Assembly (NCBI GenBank): GCA_051362555.1
Contig: CM120641.1
Span: forward strand, 15,996,001 to 16,060,000
Direction: 5' to 3'
From: Lingula anatina
Lineage: Eukaryota; Animalia; Brachiopoda
DNA: 64,000 nt
The position numbers and the translations under genes were made by a program. Under the pieces are notes generated by a model. That model was not told the origin of the DNA. It did not search any database and saw only the letters and a program-made list of their open reading frames with translations. Positions 27,801 through 42,100 of the stretch are shown here, in pieces (within the stretch, counting starts at the first letter, position 1; each line of letters starts with the position of its first letter).

Positions 27801-30097
27801 ATAGCTGAAACCAGGCAAGTGTCAAGAAAATAAATTGATGAAGAAGGGGTTAAAAATGAAACTGCAAAATGAATTAAGCTGAAACTCATTTCATCTATCA
27901 AAGCAAAAAAATGCAAAATTTGTTTCAGTTTTGATCCTTGATGATTCACTCAAATAATATTTAACAAAATAACCATTTTACAAGCCAAAGCATATGAAAA
28001 TATTGATTTGAAGATGGACAAACATGTTCAGTAATTAATCTTAACAAATAATGCTTGATCTTTTACTTCAAACCAAAAATGTTTGCTAAAAATGCCAAGA
28101 CTATAAGCAGCTTATTCCAATTTTAAATCATGACACGTCTCTCTTCATTTTTGTCATCCATTTCGGTTTATCCTAAATAACATCAACTAAAAGAACTTCA
28201 TATAGAATACTACATGAATACTTAATATGTTAAGCTAAGTTACACTTACAATTGGTTACCATGACTCCTTTATATATCTTATCATCCACCACATCAGTCC
28301 AGAATATGGTGCTGTTCTTGTAGTAATAGTCAAGTGCAATTGTGTTTCTTAGTCCTGATGCCAGAGACACATAGCTCTGTCCATCCAAGTCCAAACGTCT
28401 GATCTCATGGCGATTTGAGAAGATAATGTACATAGTTTTGTTATCTGTAAAACAAAAGATAAATATTAAATGATAAATTATCCATCTATAGCAAACTTAC
28501 TAGAGAGCAAAGCCACAAACTGTCTGTAAATCTATGCTTTTTTTATTCAAATTTTCTTTTAAGTTCATTACACTAATAATGCTTTTTTACTGAAATTTTA
28601 ATAAACTATCAGTTTTCAACTACCAGATGGTTTACAAGTCCATCCATCCCTGTCCAAGGTATAGCCTTTAAAACAAGAGCACTTGAATCCATCTTTGGTA
28701 TTGGTGCAGTTTTGACTGCAGGCACCCCAACGCTCACAGGGAAATGCATCTGAAAGTTCAATTGTGTAATATGAAATATTGCTGAAAGGTTTCTTATAAA
28801 CCAATCTATTTCAAAACATCAACGCTCACAGGGAAATGCACCTGAGAGTTAAATTTTGTAATATGTAATGTGAAATATCGCTGAAGGTTTCTTATAAACC
28901 AAGCTATTTCAAAATATCTCTTACATTTTGAAACATTGAAATTGTTATATGAAAACACATAATGAAAATTTTACAGATTTCCCAGTACAATCAATGAGTC
29001 ACATACCAGGTAGATCAAAGGTTATGTGTCAGCTTTGTTATCATTATTTTCATGATCAGTCTAGACTTTACCTGAAGGACAATACCAAGCTTATCTACCT
29101 GAGCATCTACACTGGTAACCTGATCACACCTGAGCCACTTTGGAGCTCACCTTGATTACAATCAAACTGGACCATATTCATACAACAAAGGATGTAGAGA
29201 CCAACAGTTTTCATTTCATCACCTTAATCATCATCACAGCTGAAGCCTTAAGTGAAGCCATTTCCGTCTCCTTCTGAATCTCATGCATACTCTTAACTTT
29301 TTGTGCACATCACTATAAAAGTTGCAAGTCTAAGGCAAATCCATTACTAGAGCCGAAGTTTTTCTCAAAGACAACAGCTCTTGAAATTCTCTCCAATTCA
29401 CCAACATGGAAAACCATACAAGATTTCTTCATTATGACAGCGACCAGTGGATCAGTGACAGTTTTGACTCGGATGACATTTCTGTTTTTGAAGGTATCAC
29501 CAATGATGGTATGATAGATAATGTCAAACAAAGCCCTGACTACACTGAAGACCAACTCAAAACCATTTATGTGAAGTTAAACAGGGCATTGCATCAAATT
29601 CAACTACTAGACAACTATATCCAGAGTCTCAAACAACGTTACTACAGAGCTACAATGGCTGGTAGACTTGCATCTTGCTACAGCCTGCGTCTGAAGATCA
29701 CCACTCTCTTTGGAGTGAAGCAGCTGATCTATGAGTATGCTTTACGTTTGTCTGAAGAAGCTGAGGAAATGCAGAGTTTTCAGTACCTCATGTTTTTTCC
29801 TGTACAGTCTGTTTGACTTAAAACTCAAAGGTCCTTTTCAGGACCACCATTTCCTCCACAGAAAAGGTATACCGAATAATTGCATGTTATCAAACATTAA
29901 TTCAAAATACAATAATATTCATAAAATTTACCTGTGCAGGTAACATTATTTTGCATAATCTTCATACTTGCTGGGCAGGAGCAGACAAACCCATCTGGAG
30001 CTCTTGAACAGACATGGGAACAGGGGCTGTTTTCACATGTGTCCACATCTGGCAGAAACAAAACGATATACTATGCTGAGTTTAAGTATAAACTTCA

Positions 30098-30139
<42 letters not shown>

Positions 30140-33100
30140 ATAATAATAATAATAATAATAAGAATAAAATGATAAAAATAAAGCATGCTGATTTCAGATC
30201 TATTAATTAAGTGAATACAGAAAGTGGACTAAATAAGAATGTCAAAGTTATTCATGTTAAGGAGATGAAAAGGTGGTTCATAATACCTTGTGGAGATTTT
30301 ATTCCCCACACATTTCTCAATTCAGAACACAAAACATTAATTCTGAAATTTAACAGCTAAAATAAAACAAAATAATGTGTATAAAATTACATTTGACCTA
30401 CCACACAAAGAGTGTTCATCTGATTCGTCAGCACAGTCAGCATTGCCATCACATAGTTGTGTGTGCTTGATACAGACAGTGCTGTTATCTTTACAGTGTC
30501 TACTGGGATAGGGACAGCGGACTACATTAACTATGGGGAGAAAAATGGGAATTATTTTATTTGCATTTTGTACTGTAAGTATATCATATGTTAAAAAGAT
30601 CCTTATTCAAATGATAAATTTCACTTGGTAATTTGACACTGTTAGGTAATATCTCCTTACAATGGCATATGTACTTTCAGAAACTCCAACTTAATGTAGT
30701 TTCACTGAACAGACATGAGGCCATTTTGCTAATTCAATTAATATTGAGTACCAATATCTTCTATTCTTCGAAGATTTATAGATGTGAACACTGACTGGAA
30801 TAAGTAGAGAGAGAAGCTTGTCATCAATACCTGTGCAATTCATTTCATCAGAATTGTCCTCACAGTCCCTCTCACCATCACACTTCCAGTCCAGAGGAAT
30901 ACACTTCCGCTCCTTCTGGCACATCATGAAATGTGGATCACAGGTCTGGTTGCTGCCTGAGAGATAAAGAATCATTATTACAGTTACATTTCTTTGTTAT
31001 TCCACTGAGACAAAGAAATACATTCAAATGATGGGCAATAAGCCTTTTAAAATTTGAACTTTGAAGAACAAATGCTGTGAAATTAGTTAAGTATTGAAAT
31101 ACAATGTTTTTTTTTTCATTTATGACTAATGTATTAAAAGGGTATGGCCCATAAATTTCATATTGTTTTATATTCCCTGCAAAACATCTTACTGCAGTCG
31201 TTTTCTTCATCAGATCCATCTCCACAGTCATCGTCCCCATCACATCTCCAGTGGCGAGGTATGCAGTCGCCATTACCACATAGCCACTCATCTTCATGGT
31301 TACAAACGCCAGAAGACATAGCTACAAAATGAAAATCTCTGTTTGGGTGTATAAATTATACTATAAATTATACATTTTTAGTATGTGTGGAAAATAATAC
31401 CATACATACCCACATTGACTTCCAGTCCAAAAATGAGATGAGTCGGAACTGATACATTTGCATTTTTGTCCTAAACAGAGCCGTGAGATCAATTGATAAG
31501 GACCAAAGTACAAACTGTTTTAATTCGATTCCTGACAGACTTTTTAGGTACAAAGACTGGTTCATTTGTTAAAGCCATTATATGTTCAGGGCAACAAAAA
31601 TACATTTTATACAATCAAATATACAACGCTGTCTTCTTGAGGGGTGAAAAATGACCTTGGAATATTTTTCTAACAGTTATCTATCAAGCCTTAAATTAAA
31701 ACTATTGCAGAACTTACTTGGACAGTTTTCTTCATCTGAGCCATCTCCGCAGTTGTCATCTCTGTCACACTTATACTCCATGTTAACACAGTTGCCATTT
31801 TTACACTGGAACTCTGTGTTGTTGGCACATTGGTAAACACAGTCCCACTGGAGAATGTGTGGTAGAGAGAGAAAGAGAGATTTTAAATGCAAAATAAAAA
31901 GTGGATAGGACTGAAAAACATCTAGCTTCAGGTTATCTTAAAAATAGACTGTTTACAAAAATTACTAAAATATCACTTCAATTATTCCATTCAATCTATT
32001 CCAGTTATCATTTTTATTCAAGACTCTAACAATATTTTATCAAAGGAAAACATATAATAAATTCAGTAAGGAATTAACATAAAACTGAAGATAATCTTAA
32101 GAATACCTCATCAGAATTATCTGAGCAGTCATTCTCTCTGTCACACTTAAACAACATGGAGATGCAGCGTTTGTTAGCACATGTGAACTGCTCCAACCCA
32201 CAAGATGGGTACTCTGAAGGCAAAAAGTGGTTAATCATTTAATACTCTTCTAAATATTAACCACAAAAATTGATTTTTAATAAATTTGCAAGAGGGTATG
32301 TGGTGAGAGAAGGTTGAAATCTCTCAATCACTTGATACAACAATAATGTTGACAGTTTTTACTTTGCAGGGAATTATATAACTCCAATAATGTTCATGGA
32401 GATAACTACACACAAAACCTAAATTCATGAACATGTGTAAAGTACTATATTTGACTACCTTAACAAATCTTTGTTTTTGAAATTCTGTTCTGTTACCAGT
32501 ACAGGGAAGGTATTTTGTGGTCCAATTTTGAGTAGAAAATAATTTTCTTACCCAGCAACATATGCAAAAAGAAGTCAAAGACTTTGAAGCAAAGTACTGA
32601 TAAAAAGAATTACCATCAGCACATTCTGGAGGTTCATCAGAATTGTCTCCGCAGTCGTTGTCATGGTCACACCTCCATGTTAGAGGAATACAGCGCTCAG
32701 TTTTATTACATTTCATATGATCTCCCTCACATGTTATGTCTGAAAAGATTAATTTTTTTCATATAGCTTTATCAGTTATTGTTTTGCTACATTGGATTGA
32801 GGGTATGTAAAGATAAAATTTAAGTTTACTACTAGATGATATAGAAAATGTAAAAAAAAAAGTTTTTGATATTAATGACCAGAATGGGGTATAGATTGTG
32901 CACGTAACAATGGGGAAGGGGCATCAGAGGTAGATACTGTAGTTTTTTAATGACGTCAGGGAGATCTTTATTTAGTTTTATCACAAAGCGAATCCCCAGA
33001 AACAACATAATATCCTATGCCAATTATACAATAAGCCATAACAGTATTTAATGCAACACACTGTGGCCAGGAAATGTAAATGTATGGTTTAGCTCTTCCA

Positions 33101-36100
33101 AGATAATTGCACATCAGAGAAAAAATTTTCATACTTTGACAGATGGCGATATTCTCATCCTCTCCAGTCGTACAGTCTTCCTCCCCGTCACACATCCACC
33201 GCTGGAATATGCAACGGTTGTCTGAGCACTGGTATTCTTCCTTTTTACATGTATGATGGGCTGAAAAATAAACAAAAAGTAAGAGACTATCCCCAAATAA
33301 TTCAAAAGAAATGTTTAAAATGAGTTTAAAATGAAATGTCCAGAAAATGGGGTTTAAATCAAACATCTGCACAGAGTAAGTAAATGATTCTTTTTTCTGA
33401 AGTGTTGAAGATCATAAAGAACTCAATAAACAACATTGCAGTCAGTCAAAGCCATTACCAAACTTTTGTAGTTAAAACAAACCAGATATCAATTACTACG
33501 GTTCAAGCCATCTTCAAATGTTGAATAAAAAATAGTATCAGTAAGAGAAAAGGAAGACAATTGAAAAATTGACAATGTTCAACAGTTTGGCTTGACATCA
33601 GTATTTATCTGAACATACCAGTCCAAGTCACCTTACTCACCACATACACCTCCCGCATCTCGTATCTCATCAGAGCCATCGCCACAGTCATCTTCACCAT
33701 CACACGTCCACTGTTTGGGAATACAGCGGCCATTATGACACTGAAACTGATCTTCTTTACACAGTGGGGGAGGGGTGTATCCTGGGATTTCTGGAAGAGG
33801 AATTGGATAACTGTAGCCTTTCAATAAAGCTTTATGTACAGCTGGTCATGGAAATAGGGACAAAGTGAAAATTATTTGAACTTGGAAGAGGACTATGGAA
33901 CACTTTGTGACAGTTATGACACAGTTATATTTAAGATGTTAATGAGAGCCACTACTGGTTAGGAAGGTTCATATTCTATTCAGCAAATTCCAAATAAAAA
34001 CTCCAAAAACCTAAAGTTACTCTCAAAGCCTGTTAACAATTTAACAGATACAGTTTGTCCCATTGTGAGACGGATGTAATATAATCTCTGTAATCTCTGG
34101 GAGAACTGAGTTAATAACACAGTTAACCACTGGGCCACGGATATCAAACCACAAATGTGGCATTCAGTCAGTATGATATCAAAAGTAAGACTATTACTAG
34201 CTTTAAGCTAAACCTGATGTGAACTGGACAATACAATAGCCACTTTACGCAGAGCTAAAGCAACAGTGATAAAACACAAGTTAAAGGACGTACCTGTGCA
34301 ATTTGATTTATCAGCTGCTAACTGGAACCCATCCTGGCAAGCACATGTTGGAGCTGCTCCATTTACAGCAAGGCATAACTGAGAGCAGCCGCCATTGTTA
34401 TTACTGCAAGCCGTACTGCCTGAAGTCAACAAGTAGTACGAATGTAAATTTTATAAAATCAAAATAACATTAGTGATCTCAAATTGTGCTTGTTATTACT
34501 GCAAGCCGTACTGCCTGAAGTCAACAAGTAGTACGAATGTAAATTTTATAAAATCAAAATAACATTAGTGATCTCAAATTGTGCTTGTGGTCTGTACACA
34601 AGATGAACTACCTATGCCTTTATCTCAAGTCTCAAAAGTACTCATAAGTAACCAGGTTTATCCATGACACTCAATGTTTGAGTAATGTGTTTTTGTGTCC
34701 ACCATTTCACTTTGTTATCTGTCAAATATCTTTCTGATTACATTGCAGTGGCATCTAATTGCAATATTCAAAGAATAATTTTCTGAATAAATTTTCAATA
34801 AAATTTTAAAAATATGACTGAAAATAGTATGTATAACAAAATAAATTGAATAATTCTAAATAATTGTTAGTAATTTCACTCAGTCTAACATAGTACACCA
34901 TTCATGAATGTGCCAGTAAATGATATGAAGCAAAACACAATACATCTTAATTGCAAAATGAACGTCTTACTATTTTGTGTGGAGGCATCATACAAAGACA
35001 TTCCAAATACTGGCGCCCCATCATTAGCCACCACAGTGGTCTCATTGGCCACACTGTTATATCGTTTGATCTGGCCAGTGGATAACTCTGTCCAGTAAAT
35101 ATCATCCTGGTGAACTACAAGACCATATGGATATTTCATCCCTTTATGACCTCCAACCATCAACTGATGAAAAAAACACAATAATGAAGTAAATGAAATT
35201 TGTGTAGACTTACAATAAAAGAATTATTTAAGTAATATTGTGTAGCCAATCTAGATTCCATAGCACAAATGTCCTTAAAATGAAAAACTTTTAAAAATAT
35301 ATTAATTGAAAAAGAAAAAACTTTCTTATTAAGGAGTACAAGTGCCAACCTCTCTGTTGTTTCCATTATAATCCATACACTCTATGCGGTCATAGTGAGC
35401 ATCTATCCAGTATACTTTCTTCTGCACACGATCCAGAAATAAGGAGTTAGACCACTGAATGTAGTCAGACACCAGAACTTTCCGTCCACTGCCATCCATG
35501 TTGGCACGCTCTATCTTGGCCCTTTTTCCATCCTGGGGGTTCTGGACAAGATCTGACCAAAACATAAATCTGGAAAGGCCAAATTTGATGCCCTTCAGTG
35601 AAGAATATAATTTGATAAAATATCCCCAAGTCTCAAGGTTTGAAAAAAAAAAAAAATAATAATCCTTGTAAAAAAGTACAATTTTGCCCTTTAAATATCT
35701 GGACTAGCTCTAACACAATCTACCTTTTGGCCAGATACCTGAAAAAAAATTGCAAATCAATTTTTGAAATAAGCAATATCACACCATTTACAATATCTTA
35801 ACCCAAAGTGAGGTTCTCAATTTGTACCCAAAATTCATCTTTACTCTTACCCTTCTACTGGATCTACCACAACATCTCTCAGGGCTGACATGTTGCCAGA
35901 GACCAAAGTCTTGTTGATTTCTGGTTTCTCTATTTTTGCCACCATGATAGCCTTCCTTCCATCATCTCCCCAGAAGATATTGTTTCCTGTCCAATCTATA
36001 GCTATTCCCTGGACTTTGTTGATATCTGAAATTGTTCAACAATTTAATGTTGAGATATGAGATATTTTTACATTCCAGTTGTTTGATTCACTTGCCAAAT

Positions 36101-39100
36101 TATGTATGAAAGATTTCAGTTTCAAATTCATGTAAAAAAAAAAAAAAACAGTTATAAAAAAGTTTATTTTTTATGAGAAATAATATTAAAATTTTCATCC
36201 AAATAACAATATATGTTGTATTGGTAAGCTGAGAGACATACTTACTGCTCACAGACCAAGAGTCAAGAGTTGTTTTCCCAACATCACGCCTTCCTATCCT
36301 AAACGCAATAGGGTCAGAGAAGTAGATCTTCTTGGATGCAGCATGAAAGTCCACATACATAGGTCTGTGTAGATTGTGAATTGGGGGAATGACCTGCTGG
36401 GATGTCCCTCCCCTATTCATTTCTATTCCCTTTACAAATCCTTGCTGACCATTTGCATACAGAATGAAAGGATATGAGATATTCACTGTAAAAAATATAT
36501 TGAAAATGTTGTTAAAGGCAAAACTGTAACTTTTTTAACTACCAAAATACAAATGAAATTCTTGTTGTTAATACATTGAATACAGGCATCTTTCTCCAAT
36601 GGAACCTGAAGAAAAGGTTATAATAGTCAGTCACATCCCTAGAACAAGACCTCAGTTAGGTTTATGGCTTGTGCACCAATTTTTTTTCAAGTAAAGATCA
36701 AAACAATAAGAAAACAACTGCTAATCATCATCTTATAAAAAGTTCCGATTTTACACACTAGGTTATAATACATACATATGCATCTCATTCCATCTGGCTG
36801 CAACTGATATCCTTCTTTACACATGCATTGTTTCTTCCCTGTTCCCTTGACGATACACAAGTGTTGGCAACCACCATTAGAGGATGAGCAGTCATGGCCA
36901 GGGTCTGAAAATTTATGGACGAATATCACTACAATGACCACATGATCTAAAAGATTTAAAATAGAACTTCTGATGACACTATTTCTTAAAAATTTCAAAT
37001 TTAGCTTCTGATGACACTGTTAACTATAAATTCCTATCTGATTTGAATGCTCAATTTTTTGTATACCTTGAAATTTAAAACAAAAAAGGATATTGTTAGT
37101 ACCTTCAGGTTGGCTGAGTTCATGATACACACGGATGACGCCTGGTTTGGTAAGATTACCCACAACTGTCTTGGGTTTATTGTCTGTATCCCATAATTTT
37201 ATCACTCTGTTAAATGCCAGGACGCTCCTGTTGTGATGACTTGTAGTGTAGATTGTATTTTCAAATACTGTTAAACCAAATATATGTTCAACCTGTAAAA
37301 ATAATAAACCTATTAAATTGTCTTAAATCATCATAAATTTAGATAATTTCTCCACAGCATAAATTATAATTTCTCAAACTTTTCATATTAAAAGAATTAA
37401 AATGTTCTTGGAGCTTAGCCAAGTAGCTATAGCTCTTACACTAAGAAGTTTTTCAATAAGAAATATCTATAAAGCTCTCTAGACCTCATTTTGAACTGTT
37501 GTTAATTTAACTCTCCTTTTCACAAAAGTTTTTAGATACAAGCTGAATTTAGATTCAGTAATGCATTTTCCTTACATTGTTCCCATAAATAATAAGCCTC
37601 CTAGAGGCAGGAGTTCCTGAATAGTCAATTCTTTCTATGACATTCAGGTAGGAGTCACACCAGAAGACATGTTGGCGGTTGTGGTCAATGGCAATGGCTT
37701 GTGGACGGACTATTTTCTTGTCAACAATTATTTTACTATTCTCCCCTGTCATGTCATATCTTATAATGGATGGCCTCTCTCCCCATTCTCCAAGAAAAAT
37801 ATACCTTCAAGATAAAAATTGATGGTAAAATAGTTAAAATAAGGACTGCAAACAGAAAATGAACCATTTAATGTTGGAAAACCAACCCTTAGTCTTCATC
37901 TCTATTTGGATGTTGCCTTGTCTAAACTAAATGTAACACTAAATGTAATGGCAGAATGCACTGTAAAAGCAGAGTGAGTAGGAAGTCACCAAATTTAAAA
38001 AAAAAACACTATTTTTGAGTATCTTACATAACACCCAGGAATGGAGTCTCTCAACAATAGGAATTCGTTCAAAATATGACATTTTCATCACTTAAGTATA
38101 CGTAATTATATTTACCCTTTGGCTGGGTCTATTGCAAGTGCCTTGGGTCGCTTCACTTCAGTGTTGATGATAGTTCGACATGCCTCTCCAGTAGCATTGC
38201 ATACAAACACCATTGCACGTTTGTCATCACTAAAGTACCAATTGCCAGAGATTGAGTCCTTGGCTACTTGTTTCACATCTTAAAAAATAGATGTGTATTA
38301 ACAGAATGAAATATTAATTATTTAGGTGAAGAATAACATCATTTCAAAACTTAATGCAAAATAGTCTGAAAGCAATTAATAATGTTTTATTTAATTAAGG
38401 CATTTCAACAACTCGATTGTCTTAGGTAAAAAATGAAGTCCTTCAACTAAAAATGTCAGGTTAAAGAAGAAAAATGTAGCTCAGAGGTATCATAATGGAA
38501 ATGAGAAATAAAAACCACATGAACTAATAATAAATAAATTAAATTAATAAATCTAGAGCAAAATGTTATAATTCAGGATACAAGGATTAAAGTTTGTTTA
38601 CAGAACACAGCAAAAGAAATCATGAACATAATAATAAAAATAATAAAACAATCAGGAAATGAACTTACTACTCAAGGAATACTGCATGGGTATATCCCAT
38701 GTGACAGAGGGATCTTGGTTTAATTTGGCACACCTGAGATTAAATAAATTACTCAACACATCAGCCCTGACCTGAAAAGGAGATTACGAAATAATGACAG
38801 GAAAAAAAACAAATAATAAAAAACACAATAAATGTTTTAAAAAATCAACAGAAGAAGGAAGCAAGGGGGAAAATAACCCTGCCCCCTCCCAATCGATACA
38901 TAATATAGAGTGATTGCTAATACACTACTAGTTATGAATCAGCTGAACTACATATCCGCATATCTTTTTGAGCAAATTTGAGTCCAATGAGCCAATTTCT
39001 AATATTTGTATCCCAGACAATGCCTTACCCAACAAACAGTCTGGTTTCTCAGGTCCAGATCCAGAGATACAACTTTAGATGCATTGATTAGGTAGGGGAC

Positions 39101-42100
39101 ATTCCTCAGCATCCTCTGAGAGCCATTTGTCCAGGTCTGTTCTATCCCATAATGTGTACTGAACAAAAGGGTGGGTTCACGCTCCCCTAGAGATAATGTA
39201 CACTCTGTCATGTCAAGATATGCTTGTGAGGAATACCAATCATCCATGTGATATAAATAAAGACTTTAAAACTAAGGTCTTATGATCTGCAACTGGACAT
39301 TGGACAAGTGAAATCGCGGTGACCAGCAGAAGTCTCTGTCATAATAGTACAACATCTTTTTACTAGACATAAATGGGAGATTTCCAGTAATAGGTTTAAA
39401 ATGAATATATACATGAACAAGAGGGTGAGTTCACACTACCCTGGAAATCATGTACAATCCCAATATATCAATAAATATTTGTGTATATATACAATAAGAT
39501 AAGAGAATACAAGAGTCCTTACTATTGGTAACTCTGCAAGTCCCCCTTCCTTCCAGCCTGTAGCCTCGGGCACACTCACATGTATAGTTACCCTCTGTAT
39601 TCTTACAAATCTGATCACAGTAAAAGTCAAACTGACATTCATTCAAATCTGAAAATAAAAAATATAACATATGCCTTTCTCTGAGAAATCTGAGAATATA
39701 CAAGATTTCTAAAATGGTATTTTAGAAATATTTGTTCAGCATTTGATAACCTGTACAGATAAGTTAAAAGTGTATAATTTGAAAAGACTTAAAGAGAAGC
39801 CCTTTTCTATCTTTATATCTTGGGAATTAGAACAAGTTATGAACATGAATGGATATTTTTACAATACACCAAGCTTTATTTATTAACAGACCACATCATA
39901 TCCTAACCTCAAGTATTATGAACACACGGAGTCCTGAGTTAACTAATAACCAGCAAACTGGGTCTTAATTTTGGTACTTACCAACGCAGGTTCCATTCTG
40001 TAGGTAGTACCCTTCCCTGCAAAAACAGAAGACCCCTTCCTCTTGCGGACTGCCCTTATGAGCCTCTTTGCACAGCATATTAGGTTGCCTACAGGTTGAG
40101 AGGCATTTTCTGGAAGCTGAAAAGAGTTTGGAGTACATTGTATACATAATATTTAATCTTTATTACACCAAACCATCCATCTATCCATTTACTCTTCATT
40201 TACTCTTACAAGATGCTGCAGTGAAAATAATTAAAATTCTTCCACATTAAATGAATCAAAAAATATACAGTTTATTCAAAATGAAATTGATACTTTTTGT
40301 TCACAATAATGTACTCAGCCAGAATTCCAACCAATTAAAGATAACTTGTTGACTCTGCATTTATGACTTACAACAATGTGGACCCTCATCTATTGCATCT
40401 TCACAATCAGCAATGCCATCACACAGCTGTGTGGCATTTATACATCTACTTGTGCCTGGACATTGGTATAAGTTTAAATGCTGCAAACATGTCTCTGCAA
40501 GCTCTATGATGCCTGGAGAAAAAACAAGGAAGAGAAAAACATGATATTCATATTACCTTTCATTTCATGCTTAAGAAAAATATTCCTTTTACACATTTTA
40601 TTGTTTTATAATGAAAGCTATCAGGTCTTAATAGAACACGATTGTCAATAAATATTCTCTCTCAGAAAAAAAGTTGTTATTACAGTATTAAGTAGATCCT
40701 AGCAGTTCTTTCTCAGAAATTGTCTGTAAAAGAAGTTTCCAAAAGGCATTTATTTAAAAAAACTGAAAATTGTAAGTGATGGAATAGGTTTCATAAGGGT
40801 ATACTACAGAATGCTACTGTCACACAAAGTACTCACCAGAGCCAGCATAACCCGGTGACACACGTTTGTGGGTTTGACCTGAAACAAGCAATAGGAAATG
40901 AGCAACCAAAAAACCTTGTTCCCACAGCCTTGCAAATAACATGAATTGTTTATAAATTTCCTAACCTACTGTTCACACAGAGGAAATGTAGATCTACTTT
41001 TAGATACATTTTCATTAAGAAACCATATCAGCTGATAAGTTCACTAAAGACGCAAGGATTTTTATTAAATACAGTAAAAACTAAATTAATGAAAATCTTT
41101 GATGACTAAACAACTTCCAATCAAGATATATTTTCCAGTTTAAATTTTCCAAGGCAAAAAAAAAAAAAAAAAAAAAATGTATCCATTGGCATTGTTACTA
41201 AGGTCCTAAATGAGAAAATGGCAAACATAAATCATGTCAAAACCAAAACTACACAAATTACATGCTGTCTGTATAAACATTCAACTCTTTCTCTTATATG
41301 CCATTCAAAGTGTTGCTTAAAAGCCAAGATCACATCTCCATTGTTATTGTGTGAGAGCACTTGTTGCTCCCAGGGCAGTATTATGATTTCATTCCCTCAA
41401 AACATAGCAGAAATGGATCTTGCCTTGAAGGGAACAAAACTAATAGAAAGTAAAACATGATAACATTCCAAAAGTCTGGAAAACTGCAAATGTTTTGTTA
41501 TCTAATACTTAAACCATGTCCCACCCTTTACCACTTGACAGAGTGCACTCAGTAAGGTTTTCCTACCTGCCAGGACAGATTCCAGCTGATGGCATTACTA
41601 GCATTGATAAGCTCTAATGCAGGCATTGATAAAGTATAAATTGGTAAAAACATAATTATGATGACAGTTAAATATGTGTCCAAATTACATAAGGTGACAA
41701 AAAAAAAATTCACACCTTATGTCTTTCAAGGAGATTTGCAATAAGTTGAAGTTATTCCCATCTTATTCACCAGGAGGTTTCACGTTTTTCAGGTTTTAAA
41801 ATTATAATTTGCTTGTTTTAACCTTTTTGGATTTCATAAATCCAAATGGCTTTTGGTAAAACCAAAAAGTTTCAACCAAATGACAGAGAGGGGGGGATTT
41901 TAAGTTATAAGCCCTAATCAGACTGGAACTAATTTCCACTGGAAATTGATTTAAATTAGTTCAGGGTACCTAATTAAAGAGGGACCAAATTACACCTTAA
42001 ACAAATTATCTGTAAATGTTCTCAAGTCCATTTTTCAGTTTTTTTAAAGTCTGTCTCTTTCATGTCATTTAGTCACTGTAATCTTTTGTGACAGGCTGGT

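Noticed and set aside
30099-30137. A39 tract as the poly(A) tail of a retrocopy giving rise to the nested ORF
   Set aside because: A genuine LRP1 exon (29932-30048) lies between the ORF and the tract, and no TSD is visible.
36573-36605. Strong acceptor cttttcttcag|GTTCC between the EGF and propeller 2 exons
   Set aside because: No frame-preserving donor, and the flanking exons already join in phase.
41567-41613. Possible exon ending CAG|GTAGGA in the long intron after exon 3
   Set aside because: Both available acceptors give early stops in phase 1, the acceptor is weak, and there is no domain similarity.
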